DNA of 64,000 bases from Macrostomum hystrix (GCA_950097015.1 CATNEN010000007.1:12028001-12092000); one strand, 5' to 3'; counted from the stretch's first letter, positions 50,001-63,071 are shown. Translations and numbers: made by a program. Notes: generated by a model not told the origin, from the letters alone.

Positions 50001-52167
50001 GGGAGGGGAGGCTGTGGGATGGGAGGGGAGGCTGTGGGATAGAAGGGGAGGCTATGGGATAGGAGGGGAGGCTGTGGGATGGGAGGGGACGCTGTGGGAT
50101 AGGAGGGGAGGCTATGGGATAGGAGGGGAGGCTGTGGGATGGGAGGGGACGCTGTGTTATGGGAGGGGAGGCTGTGGGATAGGAGGGGACGCTGTGTTAT
50201 GGGAGGGGAGGCTGTGGGATTGGAGGGGACGCTGTGGGATGGGAGGGGAGGCTGTGGGATTGGAGGGGAGGCTGTGGGATGGGAGGGGAGGCTGTGGGAT
50301 GGGAGGGGAGGCTGTGGGATAGGAGAGGAGGCTGTGGGATGGGAGGGGACGCTGTGGGATGGGAGGGGAGGCTGTGGGATGGGAGGGGAGGCTGTGGGAT
50401 GGGAGGGGAGGCTGTGGGATGGGAGGGGAGGCTGTGGGATAGGAGAGGAGGCTGTGGGATGGGAGGGGAGGCTGTGGGATGGGAGGGGAGGCTGTGGGAT
50501 AGGAGGGGAGGCTGTGGGATGGGAGGGGAGGCTGTGGGATGGGAGGGGAGGCTGTGGGATGGGAAAGGAGGCTGTGGGATGGGAGGGGAGGCTGTGGGAT
50601 AGAAGAGGAGGCTGTGGGATGGGAGGGGAAGCTGTGAGATGGAAGGGGAGGCTGAGGGATGAGAATGTGGGGATCGGCAGGCCAAACTCCTAAAAAGCTC
50701 AACTCTGCCATCAATTAGCCGGGGCAGGTTGGCCGCGGCTCAACAAAAGTCCGGGAATGAAGTCTGCTGTGGAGTAACAGACTGGCGAGGAAAGCGAAGG
50801 ACGGGGGAGCGCCGAACAGCCTTGGCAACGGGGCACGAAGCAGGGGGCTCCGAGCAGTGAGGAACAATGGGACTGACTTGAATGACTGCCAGTACTAAAT
50901 TCAACCAGAAGGACGCGTATCTAGTCGCGGAGCCATCGCGCAAAAGCATACAAAATTAATTATTTTAATTGGAAATTCTATGAGTTCAAATGTCTACCTA
51001 TGGTGGACATTGTGAACTAATAAATCCGTCTTTTCAAACCATGTTTTAGAAACCGATGGCTTTTGAGTATATGCTCAGATATCAAAGTATGATTTCAATG
51101 TTAATGACCCTAGCAATCGATCAATTAATGGGCATCAAATCCAGTCACAACATCTTTTGGTATTCTGGGAATCCAAAGATTCCAACATGGGGATCTTCTT
51201 CGCATGCTTGGCAATCTGAAACCTGTTTTTAAGCTGCTTATAGGCTCAGGAATCGTATTTGGTTTCTATAAGTAGCTAATCAATTTCAAGCGGCCGTCAC
51301 CTGTGCTCCGAGTGCTGACTGAAGCGGCCGCCGCGGAGCAGGCGCACCTTGGCGAACAGGACGCCGTGGCTCAGCGTGACACCTTCGAGCTCAAGCAGCC
51401 TCAGGCGGACTCGCACCTGACCAAATAAGTGAGCGGTTTCATGTAAGAGAGACTTGGAATTACTTAGCCGTGTGCGGTTGCCCTGGGTATATGAAAATAC
51501 TGTAAGAGAGACTTGGAATTACTTAGCCGTGTGCGGTTGGCCTGGGTATATGAAAATACTGTAAGAGAGACTTGGAATTACTTAGCCGTGTGCGGTTGGC
51601 CTGGGTATATGAAAATACTGTAAGAGAGACTTGGAATTACTTAGCCGTGTGCGGTTGCCCTGGGTATATGAAAATACTGTAAGAGAGACTTGGAATTACT
51701 TAGCCGTGTGCGGTTGCCCTGGGTATATGAAAATACTGTAAGAGAGACTTGGAATTACTTAGCCGTGTGCGGTTGCCCTGGGTATATGAAAATACTGTAA
51801 GAGAGACTTGGAATTACTTAGCCGTGTGCGGTTGCCCTGGGTATATGAAAATACTGTAAGAGAGACTTGGAATTACTTAGCCGTGTGCGGTTGCCCTGGG
51901 TATATGAAAATACTGTAAGAGAGACTTGGAATTACTTAGCCGTGTGCAGTTGCCCTGGGTATATGAAAATACTATTTAAGGATACTGAGGTTTCTAGCAA
52001 TGTCTCCCTAATCCAGTCCGCACCTTGGCTGTTCGGCAGCGGCTGTGTGCAGCAGCAGCAACAGCAGCAGCAGCCGCTCCTGAGGCAGCAGAAGCTGCGC
52101 CGGCAGAGGCCTTGTCAGGCTCAGCATCAAGGGTCTGCTGCTCAGGAGGGCGCACGCAGTTAAACAT
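47025..52167 (-). CDS. FAM102: FAM102/EEIG1 (SYM-3-like) NT-C2 domain protein, ~348 aa
   Basis: Exons 52167-52024, 51416-51301, 49506-48976, inferred microexon 47641-47617, 47374-47276, 47156-47025. NT-C2 motifs GVLFAKVRLLRGG, NKVSW, LRVSVRREERGGRSYTKIGYAVIDLSDLA, QRLDNSTL; C-terminal TRSDNFQIVKEVL resembles the FAM102 tail. Microexon and start are less certain. Confidence 0.85.
47735..48450. repeat. 34-bp minisatellite (CCATGCCAGTCACATCCCTGCATTCACTCACCAT)n, intronic
   Basis: Visible; period 34 also seen in the ORF-track offsets. Confidence 0.96.
49550..50660. repeat. 20-bp G-rich minisatellite (GGCTGTGGGATGGGAGGGGA)n, intronic
   Basis: Visible; dense G-runs (G-quadruplex potential). Confidence 0.96.
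51442..51972. repeat. 59-bp minisatellite, 9 near-perfect copies, fills FAM102 intron 1
   Basis: Unit TGTAAGAGAGACTTGGAATTACTTAGCCGTGTGCGGTTGCCCTGGGTATATGAAAATAC. Confidence 0.97.
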
Positions 52168-55100
52168 GACCTTGGCAGGCTGGGATATTCGCAGATGCTG
52201 CCGATGGTGGCTAATGGATGAGGCTCATGCAGTACCTGAACACTTCCTGCAAAGTTTGTAAAACAAACTATATTCACTGGATCTCTGCAATGAAAATGTT
52301 CAGGCTTAAATCTATGAACTTCTGTCTAAATGTTCAATATTTTAAAAGCATTACATTCTATAGTCAAACAAAAGACAATAATAGACAGGTAGTGTTTCAT
52401 TAAATGCAGACAGTTATAAGTTATAATTTCATATTTTAGTATATAACTATTCATCCTGTTAATTATTTATTTGTCTAAAAGCAACCTTATTAGATTTTAC
52501 TAATTTAATTAACTTATAATATATACTAATTAATACTAAAGCAAACTAATTTTACCTAAAATGTAAAATGCAAAAGCCTGGTATAAAAGGTAAACGGCCT
52601 AAATTTTTTAAAACATAGACTTAAATTTAGCATAATTCATATGCTGATCTAACTATGTTCAAGAAATCTTTGGTGCATGCATGACAGAAAGTTTTCAATA
52701 AAAAATGTAAAATACAACTCTAAATCTAACTAACAACTCATTATCATGTATAAATCTAAATTTCTTTACAAAATTGATCACATCTATTTAGATTTGTAGT
52801 TAGGGGCCTATTACAAATGCCTTCTAGAAAATATGTACTTTAGAGGCTTTCAACCATATTATATGATTTGTCTTAAAATGACTTTGCACTTAGCAATGGA
52901 CTATTGAATAGGTTATTTCATATTTGACTAGTCATCTAGATGTTAGGGACTAAAAACTGAATTTTCAATTATTTGCTAACTGATTCACTTACATGTCCTC
53001 TAAAAAAGTACAAAGTCAAAAATTTGTATATCTGATTGCCACTCATTAGGAGTGTAGTAGGGACTAACTCAGTCAACTCATGCTAGTGGAACTCACAAAA
53101 GGTAAGAAATGAAGAGAAAGGAGACAAAAGTACTTATTTCAAACATTACACTGATGCAATGTACAATATTAGGCCTATAATAATGCCATTTGATTGGCTG
53201 GTGATTAAATCACACAAATGAGCTAGCACAAATGTACATAATGCAGGGGTAGGTAGACAGCTTGAAAGGGTACACAGCTAAGAGAGAGACACTGCAGAAC
53301 AGTATAGTATGTACAACAGTATATACAGTATGCATACAGTTACTGCATAATTGGCTAGTTGATGAAGTGACCAGAGTTGGAGATGACTTGATTGGCTAGT
53401 TGACAAAGTGACCACCACCTAGATATAGACACATAGGCTCTCCTCTTTAAATAGAATAACGAATTTTGATTATTCTTAAAATCTCAGTTTAGGTGGCATT
53501 GTAAGAAAATATAAGAATATAATAATAGCACTGAATTCTGAACTTTGTGTTTTTATATATAATAACAACTGCTTTAAAGTACTTTTGGCAGATAATATTA
53601 TGGTTTGATTTGATGGAGATAATAACTTTACCCGCCCCTCTGAATCTGAAGTAAGGCTAGTTTGGACTTATCACTAAAACAATTAAAACTGATTTTGGAA
53701 TAGCCTTTCCAACTGAATGATAAGGTTTTTGTAAAACAGTTTTGTTAATAAAATATTATTTTTATGCACGAATCACTTTTCTTAGTGACTAATCTAAACT
53801 ATATATATTTCTTTATAACACTGCATTTCAATAAACTGAATATACGATAAAAATCTGGCATGCTCGCAGTTTATCTTACAGGAGTGACAGTCATAAAGAT
53901 TGGTTTGACGCTGGCTCAATCTATTATAGAAGTTGTTCAAATCTTTTGCCGCGGAACATTTCTAGGAAATTGTAGTTTTGCATGTTGGACGCAATCGATA
54001 ATCGTTTTAAACTAACTATATAGTTAAAGAAAGTACTGGAAAGTGAATTTTTCCTTATAAAAAATTGATAATATACTAGCCAAATCTTTATTTAAAGTAA
54101 ACAAAAATGCAATACTAGTTGCTCACAACGAAAAAATTAATTGTTTCGCGATGATGCCTGGATTTCCCAAAACGCATTTTCCTTGTCTAGTGGGTATGTA
54201 AGCATTTGATTAATAATAAATGTTTTCGTATTTTAAGGTATAACTGTAGCACTATAGCAGATTAACCATGGACCGCTCACTGATCAAGTCTTCAGCAGAT
54301 TATTTATTTTAAATATGCTGCTCATGTGATGTATAACAGTTCTTAATGATACTTTACTTATATGTGCTCAAGTATTTTGTTTTATGTTGCTGCCTGTTCA
54401 GAGTTCTAAAAATTATATACTAAAATGTGCAGTTTTCGCATAGACATAATAATCTCCATTAAATAAAGCAAGTCTGGGTAAACAACGCAACTTTTTGGCC
54501 AGTGAGCTAAGACAACAACAGAAAATAAGTCTATATAAAGGAAACATTTTTGTGGCACAAAAGCCCATAATTTTTATCTCAGAATATTTATAGTTATAGT
54601 CCATTTTTTAGAGGAAAGGCAAAAAAGTACAAACACCGACCAGAATGCACTAACGCGTCGATGGACAAAGAATTTGTCTCTGCTAGATAGAAGGCGAGCA
54701 GGGGTCGCTTGTAAAACCACAAGTAATCGAATTTCAAAAGTGACAGGAAAAAAACGCAAACAAGACTGGGGAAATTTGGCTAACTCCACCAGTCGCTAGT
54801 GAATTGTGGAGCGCAGCGGACAATGGAGGACCAACGCGTGACTCGGAGGGGCGCTCTCAGAGAGCTACATGCAAGGCCACGAAAGGACACGCGTTGAGGC
54901 ATCCTTGCAAAACAAGGCAGTGCGGTGTGCGCGTCTGAATCTCAGCAGGCTAAAAACAATTCGCGTTGAGTTCTCACAGCCGAGCAGCGGGATATCACAG
55001 CAAGATTGTCGGGACGGAGACTGGGAGCATTTGGGATAGATTATGGCGCATTGGAGGCGATGTAGGGATTCGATTCGGATTCTGACACAAAACGCAGACC

Positions 55101-55503
55101 CGAACATGTAAAAGTAGGCACTACGCCTGTACACTGTGCTCAAGAGAGAAAAGCGGTAAGGCATGTCTGATTAATCCAATAAGAGTTAATTACACAATGA
55201 ACAACAAGCATTGGTGCGGGGTGCACGAGGAAAAAAAACAAAAAACACGATTCGCGATATGCACAGAGTGACTTCTGGTGCTCTAGTGGTGCATTGCGCA
55301 GCTAATGCCTGCATAAATATGACAATTGGGCACAACAATCTCCTACTGCAAATTTGCTTGCGAGAATAAATCATTATGCGCGTGCGGTAGGCGACTAACA
55401 AGCAGTTGCGAGAGTGGGGATTCCGAGGAAATCCTGGTGAAAATCCCATTCAGTAAACCGATTATGGAAATACAATTAAGGATAAACATTCTTCCCTAGA
55501 ATA

Positions 55504-56505
55504 GGGATAACTGCCTCCCCATGGGATAACTGCCTCCCCATGGGATAACTGCCTCACCATGGGATAACTGCCACACCATGGGATAACTGCCTCACCATGG
55601 AATAACTACCTTACCATGGGATAACTGCCTCACCATGGAATAACTGCCTCCCCATGGGGTAACTGCCTCACCATGGGATAACTGCCACACCATGGGGTAA
55701 CTGCCTCACCATGGGATAACTGCCTCCCCATGGGGTAACTGCCTCACCATGGGATAACTGCCACACCATGGGATAACTGCCTCACCATGGAATAACTACC
55801 TTACCATGGGATAACTGCCTCACCATGGAATAACTGCCTCCCCATGGGGTAACTGCCTCACCATGGGATAACTGCCACACCATGGGGTAACTGCCTCACC
55901 ATGGAATAACTGCCTCCCCATGGAATAACTGCCTCACCATGGAATAACTGCCACACCATGGGGTAACTGCGTCACCATGGAATAACTGCGTCACCATGGG
56001 ATAACTGCCACACCATGGGGTAACTGCCTCACCATGGGATAACTGCCACACCATGGGGTAACTGCCACACCATGGGATAACTGCCACACCATGGGGTAAC
56101 TGCCTCACCATGGAATAACTGCGTCACCATGGGATAACTGCCTCACCATGGAATAACTGCGTCACCATGGAATAACTGCGTCACCATGGGATAACTGCCA
56201 CACCATGGGATAACTGCCACACCATGGGGTAACTGCCTCACCATGGAATAACTGCCTCCCCATGGAATAACTGCCTCACCATGGAATAACTGCGTCACCA
56301 TGGGATAACTGCCTCACCATGGAATAACTGCGTCACCATGGAATAACTGCGTCACCATGGGATAACTGCCTCACCATGGAATAACTGCGTCACCATGGGA
56401 TAACTGCCTCACCATGGAATAACTGCGTCACCATGGAATAACTGCGTCACCATGGGATAACTGCCACACCATGGGATAACTGCCACACCATGGGGTAACT
56501 GCGTC
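55504..56505. repeat. 19-bp minisatellite (GGGATAACTGCCTCACCAT)n, ~52 copies
   Basis: Visible. Confidence 0.97.
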
Positions 56506-56862
56506 AGCTCATTTTTGGGATGACACCCAATTGTTGCACATCTGCTCCGCAGTCGCAGCGCTCGCATTCACGTGATAAAAAATGAGAGGAAAATGGATCT
56601 GTGAAGGTGAAGCAAACCAATTAGCAGACTCAATGGCTGGCGGGCAGGATTTGTCAGGACACTGCTCGCCGAATAATTTTGCCTCAATGTGAAGGAAGCT
56701 TCATAAAAATAACCCACCACATAGCAACAGCATAGCAACGTGGGGTATGTTATGCAGACTCGAAGGTCTTGGTAAAAATCTGTAAATTATGCGTCAAATT
56801 AAAAAACACTCGCTGCTAGGCCGTTGCCATGCGGCTAGGCCGTTGCCATGCGGCTAGGCCGC

Positions 56863-59800
56863 TCACGGCTGCTGGCTGTACTTGGCGTGCATTCGCTGGG
56901 CCACCTCGTTCACGTAGGAGATGTCCGGCCTGGCGTCCGGGCTCGGGTGGATCATTGTGTTGACCAGGTCCCGCAGCTGGCGAGGGCATGGGGGTTCGGT
57001 AAATATCATTGGATGGGTCCCGTAGCTCACTTACTCTTATCCTATTCTGATTAGTTCAAGGAACTCTGGATATAGAACTTAGCTTAACACGCGAGGGTCT
57101 TCACTATTCAAGCCGCAAGAATAAACACCATAATTGTATATTTCAAGAGCTTCTTGATAATCAACTAGAGGCAGACTAAACACACACGGCATTCACACGA
57201 CCAGAACTCCGTAACCAATTAGACTTTTAGACCGTCCTTCCATTTCACAACTAAAACATTATTGAGTGTGTATTATTTATTTTATTATTCGTGAAAATGC
57301 TAATTACTTTTCTACTAGCGCTACTGTGAGTAGGCGGTGTAGTCAGTAAATCCTGAAAAAAACTTTTCTCACCTCGCTTGAGTAGATATCAGCTGGCAGT
57401 GGCGGGTAGTCGCACTGCTCAATTTTCTTGCACAGCGAGTACAGGTTCATCTTGTCGCCGTAGAACGGACTCTGCAGGGCGGCCATCTCGTACAGCAGGC
57501 AGCCGAGGGACCAGAGATCCGATTTGAAGTTGTAGCCGTTCTCGTGGATCCGCTCCGGACTCATGTAGTAGGGCGTGCCGACTGCGGTACAGAAGGTGAG
57601 GTTGGGCTTGTGCGTTCCAAATATTAAATCCCTGGGATTCGAATCCTCAATAACACATTGAAATGTAATACTAACTCATACGTGGGCTTTTTTAATCCGT
57701 CTAAATCCATGGGAATAAAAATCCTCAATACTACCTTAGATTTTAATCATCAATCCCTTGAATTTTAATCCTCAATCTCTAGGATTTGAATCCTCAATCC
57801 CATGAATTTTAATCCTCAATCTCTAGGATTTGAATCCTCAATCCCTTGAATTTTAATCCTCAATCTCTAGGATTTGAATCCTCAATCCCTTGAATTTTAA
57901 TCCTCAATCTCTAGGATTTGAATCCTCAATCCATTGAATTTTAATCCTTAATCCATAGGATTTGAATCCTTAATCCATTGGATTTGAATCCTCAATCCCT
58001 TGAATTTTAATCCTTAATCCATAGGATTTGAATCCTTAATCCATTGGATTTTAATCCTCAATCCATTGGATTTTAATCCCCAATCCATTGGATCTAAATC
58101 CTCAATCCCTTGGATTTTAATCCTCAATCCATTGGGGTTTAATTCTCAATCCCTAGGATTTTAATCCTCAATCCATTGGACGTAAATCCTCAATACCTAA
58201 GCTTTGAATACTCAGTCCCTTGAATTTTATCCCTAATCCATTGGATTTTTTTTCCTTAATCCATTGGATTTTATTCCTTAATCCATCGGATTTGAATCCT
58301 CAATCTTTACGATTTAAAATAGACATACTAAATCTTAATTTAGAACTTCAATTCTAAAAGTGGATTCTGTAGCCAATAAACGTAGAGTTGATATCTCAAC
58401 TCTACTCTACTCTCAACTCTAGAGTTGATAATCTCCAGATGATTATTTTCCAGTGTTTTGGATCCCAGTATCCATCATTTCACTCACCCAGCGAATGCGC
58501 ATTGGTGGTCTTGGAGCTGAAGAAGCGGCCGAGGCCCAGGTCACCCAGCTTCACCTGGCCGGTGGCTGTGATAAACACGTTGGCCGGCTTGATGTCTGCG
58601 TGAGGGCAGGTGGACTCGAATGGTGTAAAGCTCTCCTTTTTAAAACTTCAATGATCATGCCGCTTTCTAATCCTTAAAAAACATTTGACAGATCAAAAAA
58701 GTCTTATACAGATCCCAAGACAAGCTCTCCTTTTAAAAAATCCCAAACAGCTTCTTAAAGAAAAATGTTGCGAGTGGCAGCGCCTTTAACGCGTTTGCCT
58801 CTCGCACCAAGGTCCATGAGCTCGATTCCGCGGCGAGGCCACATTCATTTGGGGCGCAGCCGCAGAGAGAAGGCTTGGGGCTTGTTGTGCAATTTGGCCC
58901 CTTGAGGGCCAACCTCTAAGGCACAGTGAGAGTGTACACTGCCTGACGATGAGAAAGTCAGGGCAGATGTACAGATCACACACCTGTGTGAGCCTGTGCC
59001 TGCGAACGGTATCTGTGTGCTCAGGAGCCAGCAAAATGGGCAGAATCGCCTCCTCGCTGGCTGCAGTTCAAATGTCACCACATGATGAGCAATGCCTGCA
59101 GCCCTCCTGCAATTATTATCATTATTAATCATTTAAAAAAACCTTTGCCAAATCCCAAACAAGCCTCTTCAAGATCCCAAGTCAAGCCTCTTCCAAATCC
59201 CAAGACAAGCCAAAAATCAGATCCTTTTTACTCGTAGATCCCAAACAGGACTCTAATACGCTCCCTAGATTCAAACTATTAAACTTGTGAACATCTCTTG
59301 ATATGGAGGCAAAGACTCGAGTTCTCTATATTTGACACCGTTTCATCAATTTGACTAAAGCAGTCCACGGACACACACGCAGCAGGGCAGTCCCACCTCT
59401 GTGCATGATCCGCTTGGAGTGCATGTGGTCCAGGCCGCTGCAGATCTGCACAAAGTACTTCCAGATGGTCTTCTCCGGGATTAGGCGCTGCTGCTTCTTG
59501 AAGTGCTGAAAGAAAACCAGGACGAGGGGGGAGGAATTTGAGGGCCGGGTAGACTGGGAGGAGGCGTACACCGGTACAATGCCAGACAATGCACAATGGG
59601 AGGCGGGTGAGCTGGGACAGAGGCAGGAGACTGCAGGCCAGCTCATCGATCGGATCCAGCCCCTATGCTCACCTTGATCATGCGAGACAGATCCCCGGCA
59701 TCCGCCAGCTCCAGCACAATGTTCAGCTCATTGTTCTCAATGAATGAGGCCAGGTAGCGAATCACGTTCGGGTGGTCCAGTTGCTGCGGTGGGGGGAGGT

Positions 59801-60615
59801 GGAAATTATTCATGAAAGCCTGACGGGTCAATAATTAATCCCGCGTATCCCAAGGTGAGCTGGAGCACTTTTCACAATGGGCAAAAAAGAGGCGGCCAAG
59901 AAATGCTGAGTGGGCTAAAAACCTCTCAGGTAAAAACCTCTACCTTGAGCAAGTCGATCTCCTTGATGCAGTCTTGCCGGGCCTTGGCATCCATCATCTC
60001 GAAGATCTGCGGGGGCGGCAGGCTTCGGTGCTCAGATTGTTGATTTCTACTCAGTTTCAAACTCTGCAGTGATTGAGTTAGCTCGGTGTTAATGTGAGAA
60101 GCAGACAGGGCGAAGCAGCATTAGATTGAGGCACTGCGAACTGCATCGTCATTAAATCAAGCGGCAATCGGCTTTGATCACTGCGCAATGGCAGCAACAC
60201 TGCTCAAGCAATGCCTAATATGCTATCTAGAGTTCCTTTCTCTCTGTCGTTTGTTTAATCCTAATGCACTTTGATATAATCCCAGTTTGGGATCTAATCC
60301 CAGTTTGGGATCTAATCCCAGTTTGGGATCTAATCCCAGTTTGGGATCTAATCCCAGTTTGGGATCTAATCCCAGTTTGGGATCTAATCCCAGTTTGGGA
60401 TCTTATTCCACTCTCAAGCCAACCATGCAACTCTCCGCAGGTCGCCACAATACCTGAACCTTCTTCAGTGCCACCACACAGTCGTCCTCGCGACAGACGG
60501 CCCGCCAGACCTCACTGAACTGGCCCTTGCCAATCTTCTTGTCAATCTTGAACTTGGACAAGGAGCCATACTTGTTCTCTGGATCGTGATTGGGCACAAC
60601 AAATTCCGCGTCCAT
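56863..60615 (-). CDS. NEK7: NIMA-related kinase NEK6/7 (NEKL-3-like), short isoform using exon 1b, ~291 aa
   Basis: Exons 60615-60454, 60006-59944, 59783-59673, 59505-59397, 58595-58488, 57581-57373, 56976-56863, all GT-AG and in phase. Motifs [46 protein letters not shown]. Confidence 0.95.
57720..58305. repeat. 22-bp minisatellite (AATCCTCAATCCCTTGAATTTT-like) in a NEK intron
   Basis: Visible, degenerate toward the ends. Confidence 0.92.
60278..60402. repeat. 18-bp self-complementary minisatellite (AATCCCAGTTTGGGATCT)n, ~7 copies
   Basis: Each unit contains the inverted repeat ATCCCA-gtt-TGGGAT. Confidence 0.95.
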
Positions 60616-61024
60616 GGCTGCAACAATTGCAAATCGACTTCAATCAATCGATTGACTGAATCGATTGGGCAACAATCTCAGGCGTTAATAATTGCATGGT
60701 TAGAAACAAAGCTGATTAAATATTAATAAGTTAATTAGCAAAACACGATAAATATAGAATAGTTTTAATCAGTGCGCAGAAATTAGTTCGAATCTCGCTC
60801 GGCAGTGTGGTTAGGACATCGTTAATTAATGAGCAAGCAGTCAGATCACACCTGTTGCATTCATTGTACCATCCGCATAGCAACCAGTGTTCCCCTTGGA
60901 TGCATCGAATAAATAGTCTATTCTGGTCTAATTATAATTCTGCACTAACAGGGAGTCTCTAAATGTGCACTTATAAATAATAATGACTCAACAAAGGTGG
61001 ACTTAAGCATTGGGCTAATTTGGC

Positions 61025-61208
61025 TGGGTAGAGTGGGTGTCAGGTGAAGTGGGATGCCGGGTAGAGTGGGTGTCAGGTGAAGTGGGATGCCAGGTAGAGT
61101 GGGTGTCAGGTGAAGTGGGATGCCGGGTAGAGTGGGTGTCAGGTGAAGTGGGATGCCGGGTAGAGTGGGTGTCAGGTGAAGTGGGATGCCGGGTAGAGCG
61201 GGTGTCAG
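61025..61208. repeat. 33-bp minisatellite between NEK exons 1a and 1b, ~5.5 copies
   Basis: Unit GGGTAGAGTGGGTGTCAGGTGAAGTGGGATGCC. Confidence 0.95.
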
Positions 61209-61366
61209 TCTGAGACCCTGGGTCAATCAGCTCATGTATGTATGCAATATTCATGCAGAATCTGCTCAGGTAATTATCAAGCAAGCCAGCTAAGCTATGA
61301 ACCTAGAATACATCCAAGGGAGAAGTGACCTGGATTGCCAGCAGCCCGCAGTGCAGTTGGCAGTAC

Positions 61367-61684
61367 CTGGACTTTCTTTAGCGCCACAACCCTGCCATCC
61401 ACAATGCAATGCGCCTTGTAGACCACAGAGAACTGGCCCTTGCCAATGCGCTTCTCAATCTGCAGGTTGGCCAGGGTTGAGTAGGGATTCTCCTGCGGCA
61501 GCTGCATTGGGTAGCTGAAGTCAACATTGCAGGTGGCTGTGGCGGCAATTGGCTGAGCAGCAGCAGCTGTTGGGAAGCCAAGCGCCGTGTAGTAGAGTGT
61601 GCCCTGCTGCTGCGGCTGCTGCTGCTGCTGCTGGTGCAGAAATGCCTCGCCAAGATTGTAGCGATAGTCCTGCTGTCCCGCCAT
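61367..61684 (-). CDS. NEK7: Alternative first coding exon 1a of NEK6/7 (106 aa; long isoform ~343 aa)
   Basis: MAGQQD...polyQ...[39 protein letters not shown]|GT; phase-0 donor fits the shared exon at 60006. Confidence 0.88.
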
Positions 61685-63071
61685 GTTTTGCTGCACTTTG
61701 AAGTTGGCAAATTGCTTGGCACTCTACCAAGTGAGATACACAGGCAAACCTAGCAACTAGAGTCATATCAAATTGCAACAATTGATAAATAAATCAGTTA
61801 TTATAAAGAATACTTCCTAAATTAAAAAGTTTAAACCATATTTTGTTTAGTCAAATGATATTGTAAATATCTCATTAACCAAAAGCAGAAAAATTGAGCT
61901 AGAAGATTTGAAGAAAAAAACACAAGCTTCTGAACTATTTTCCCTAAGAGTAAACAGCATTTCTGAGTAATATAATACTATGCATATTGAGCTCTTTAGT
62001 ATAAGTATATACATGTGAGTCTGTCATAAGATATAGGTTTACTTTGCTATGCCTATAATCTATATTATTTAGAATAAGTAGCATGCCTTGATTAAAAACC
62101 AAAGCCTAAATAGAAAACTAATTTCAAATTATAAACTGTCAAGGTATAAACATATGGAAAAAAAGATTAAAGAACATAACTTAAAATTAACAGAATAGCA
62201 CATATTTTTAAGCTATAGCACACATACAATATACTATCACAAGCATGTGATATAAATACACACAAACATATATTACTTATCATAAACATCTATCACAAGG
62301 ATAAAATCTTTATGCTATTGAAATGTACTTTATTTTAGCCCTCTAAAAGAAATACAATGTGAAATTATTTCTTAAGAATTTTTTTCATCTCCGCAACTCA
62401 TATCTCTTCTACTATATTCTACTCAAAGCAAAAAATGTATTGAATTGCAAAAAATGTTCTATTTCGATCATTACAGAAGCAACCAACCTCAGGACTGCTT
62501 CTAACAAACCCTTTTATTGAGTAAATTTAATCGTGTACTACAATATCTTCGTGCCTAGATAAAATTTTCACGCTCACTCTATTGACTTATTTTGCTTGGA
62601 CATAGTTAAATTTAGAACTGTTTCTTTGAACAAAATAAGCTAAATATGTAAAAGTGAGTACTGGAACCATTCTTGCAGGTCGCTTTCAAAGCAATATATA
62701 TTCAAGGATGTGCTTTCGACGAAATTTTGCACGAAAGTTTCGCAATGATAGTTTGATTTTGTTATGCTTTGCTTCCAATGGATACGAGCACGAAAAAAAT
62801 TGCTCTTGTTCAATTTTCAGTCACTTGCGTCGATTTTTCGAACGTATTAATTTCCCGATTGACATTCACATTCACATTCACATTCAAACAAGAGTATTGT
62901 AACTTAAAAAATAACCATTCAATTACAGCGAAACTTACAAGATCTTCTGATGCAACTAAGATAACGTTCCAAAATAAATATAATTTATTTTTGTCAATGC
63001 ATAAAAGAATTACACAGCTTTGAAGTTTGTTCCTATCTCCGCAGTGTATATTCTTGTACTTTCAAAAAGTA

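Noticed and set aside
41949-50714. Long repetitive ORFs over the 32-, 34- and 20-bp and pyrimidine arrays
   Set aside because: Open in several frames and strands simply because the units lack stops; they lie in introns or spacers.
52300-55450. AT-rich region with short ORFs and small duplications
   Set aside because: No recognisable domain, TIR/TSD pair or RNA gene could be supported by eye.
61367-61684. A second, separate NEK gene
   Set aside because: No second set of downstream kinase exons lies between 61367 and 60615; it can only complete a kinase via the shared exons.
60613-61684. Exon starts MAGQ and MD resembling human NEK6 and NEK7 N-termini as evidence of orthology
   Set aside because: Only 2-4 residues match, and NEK6/NEK7 are generally considered a vertebrate duplication; treated as coincidence.
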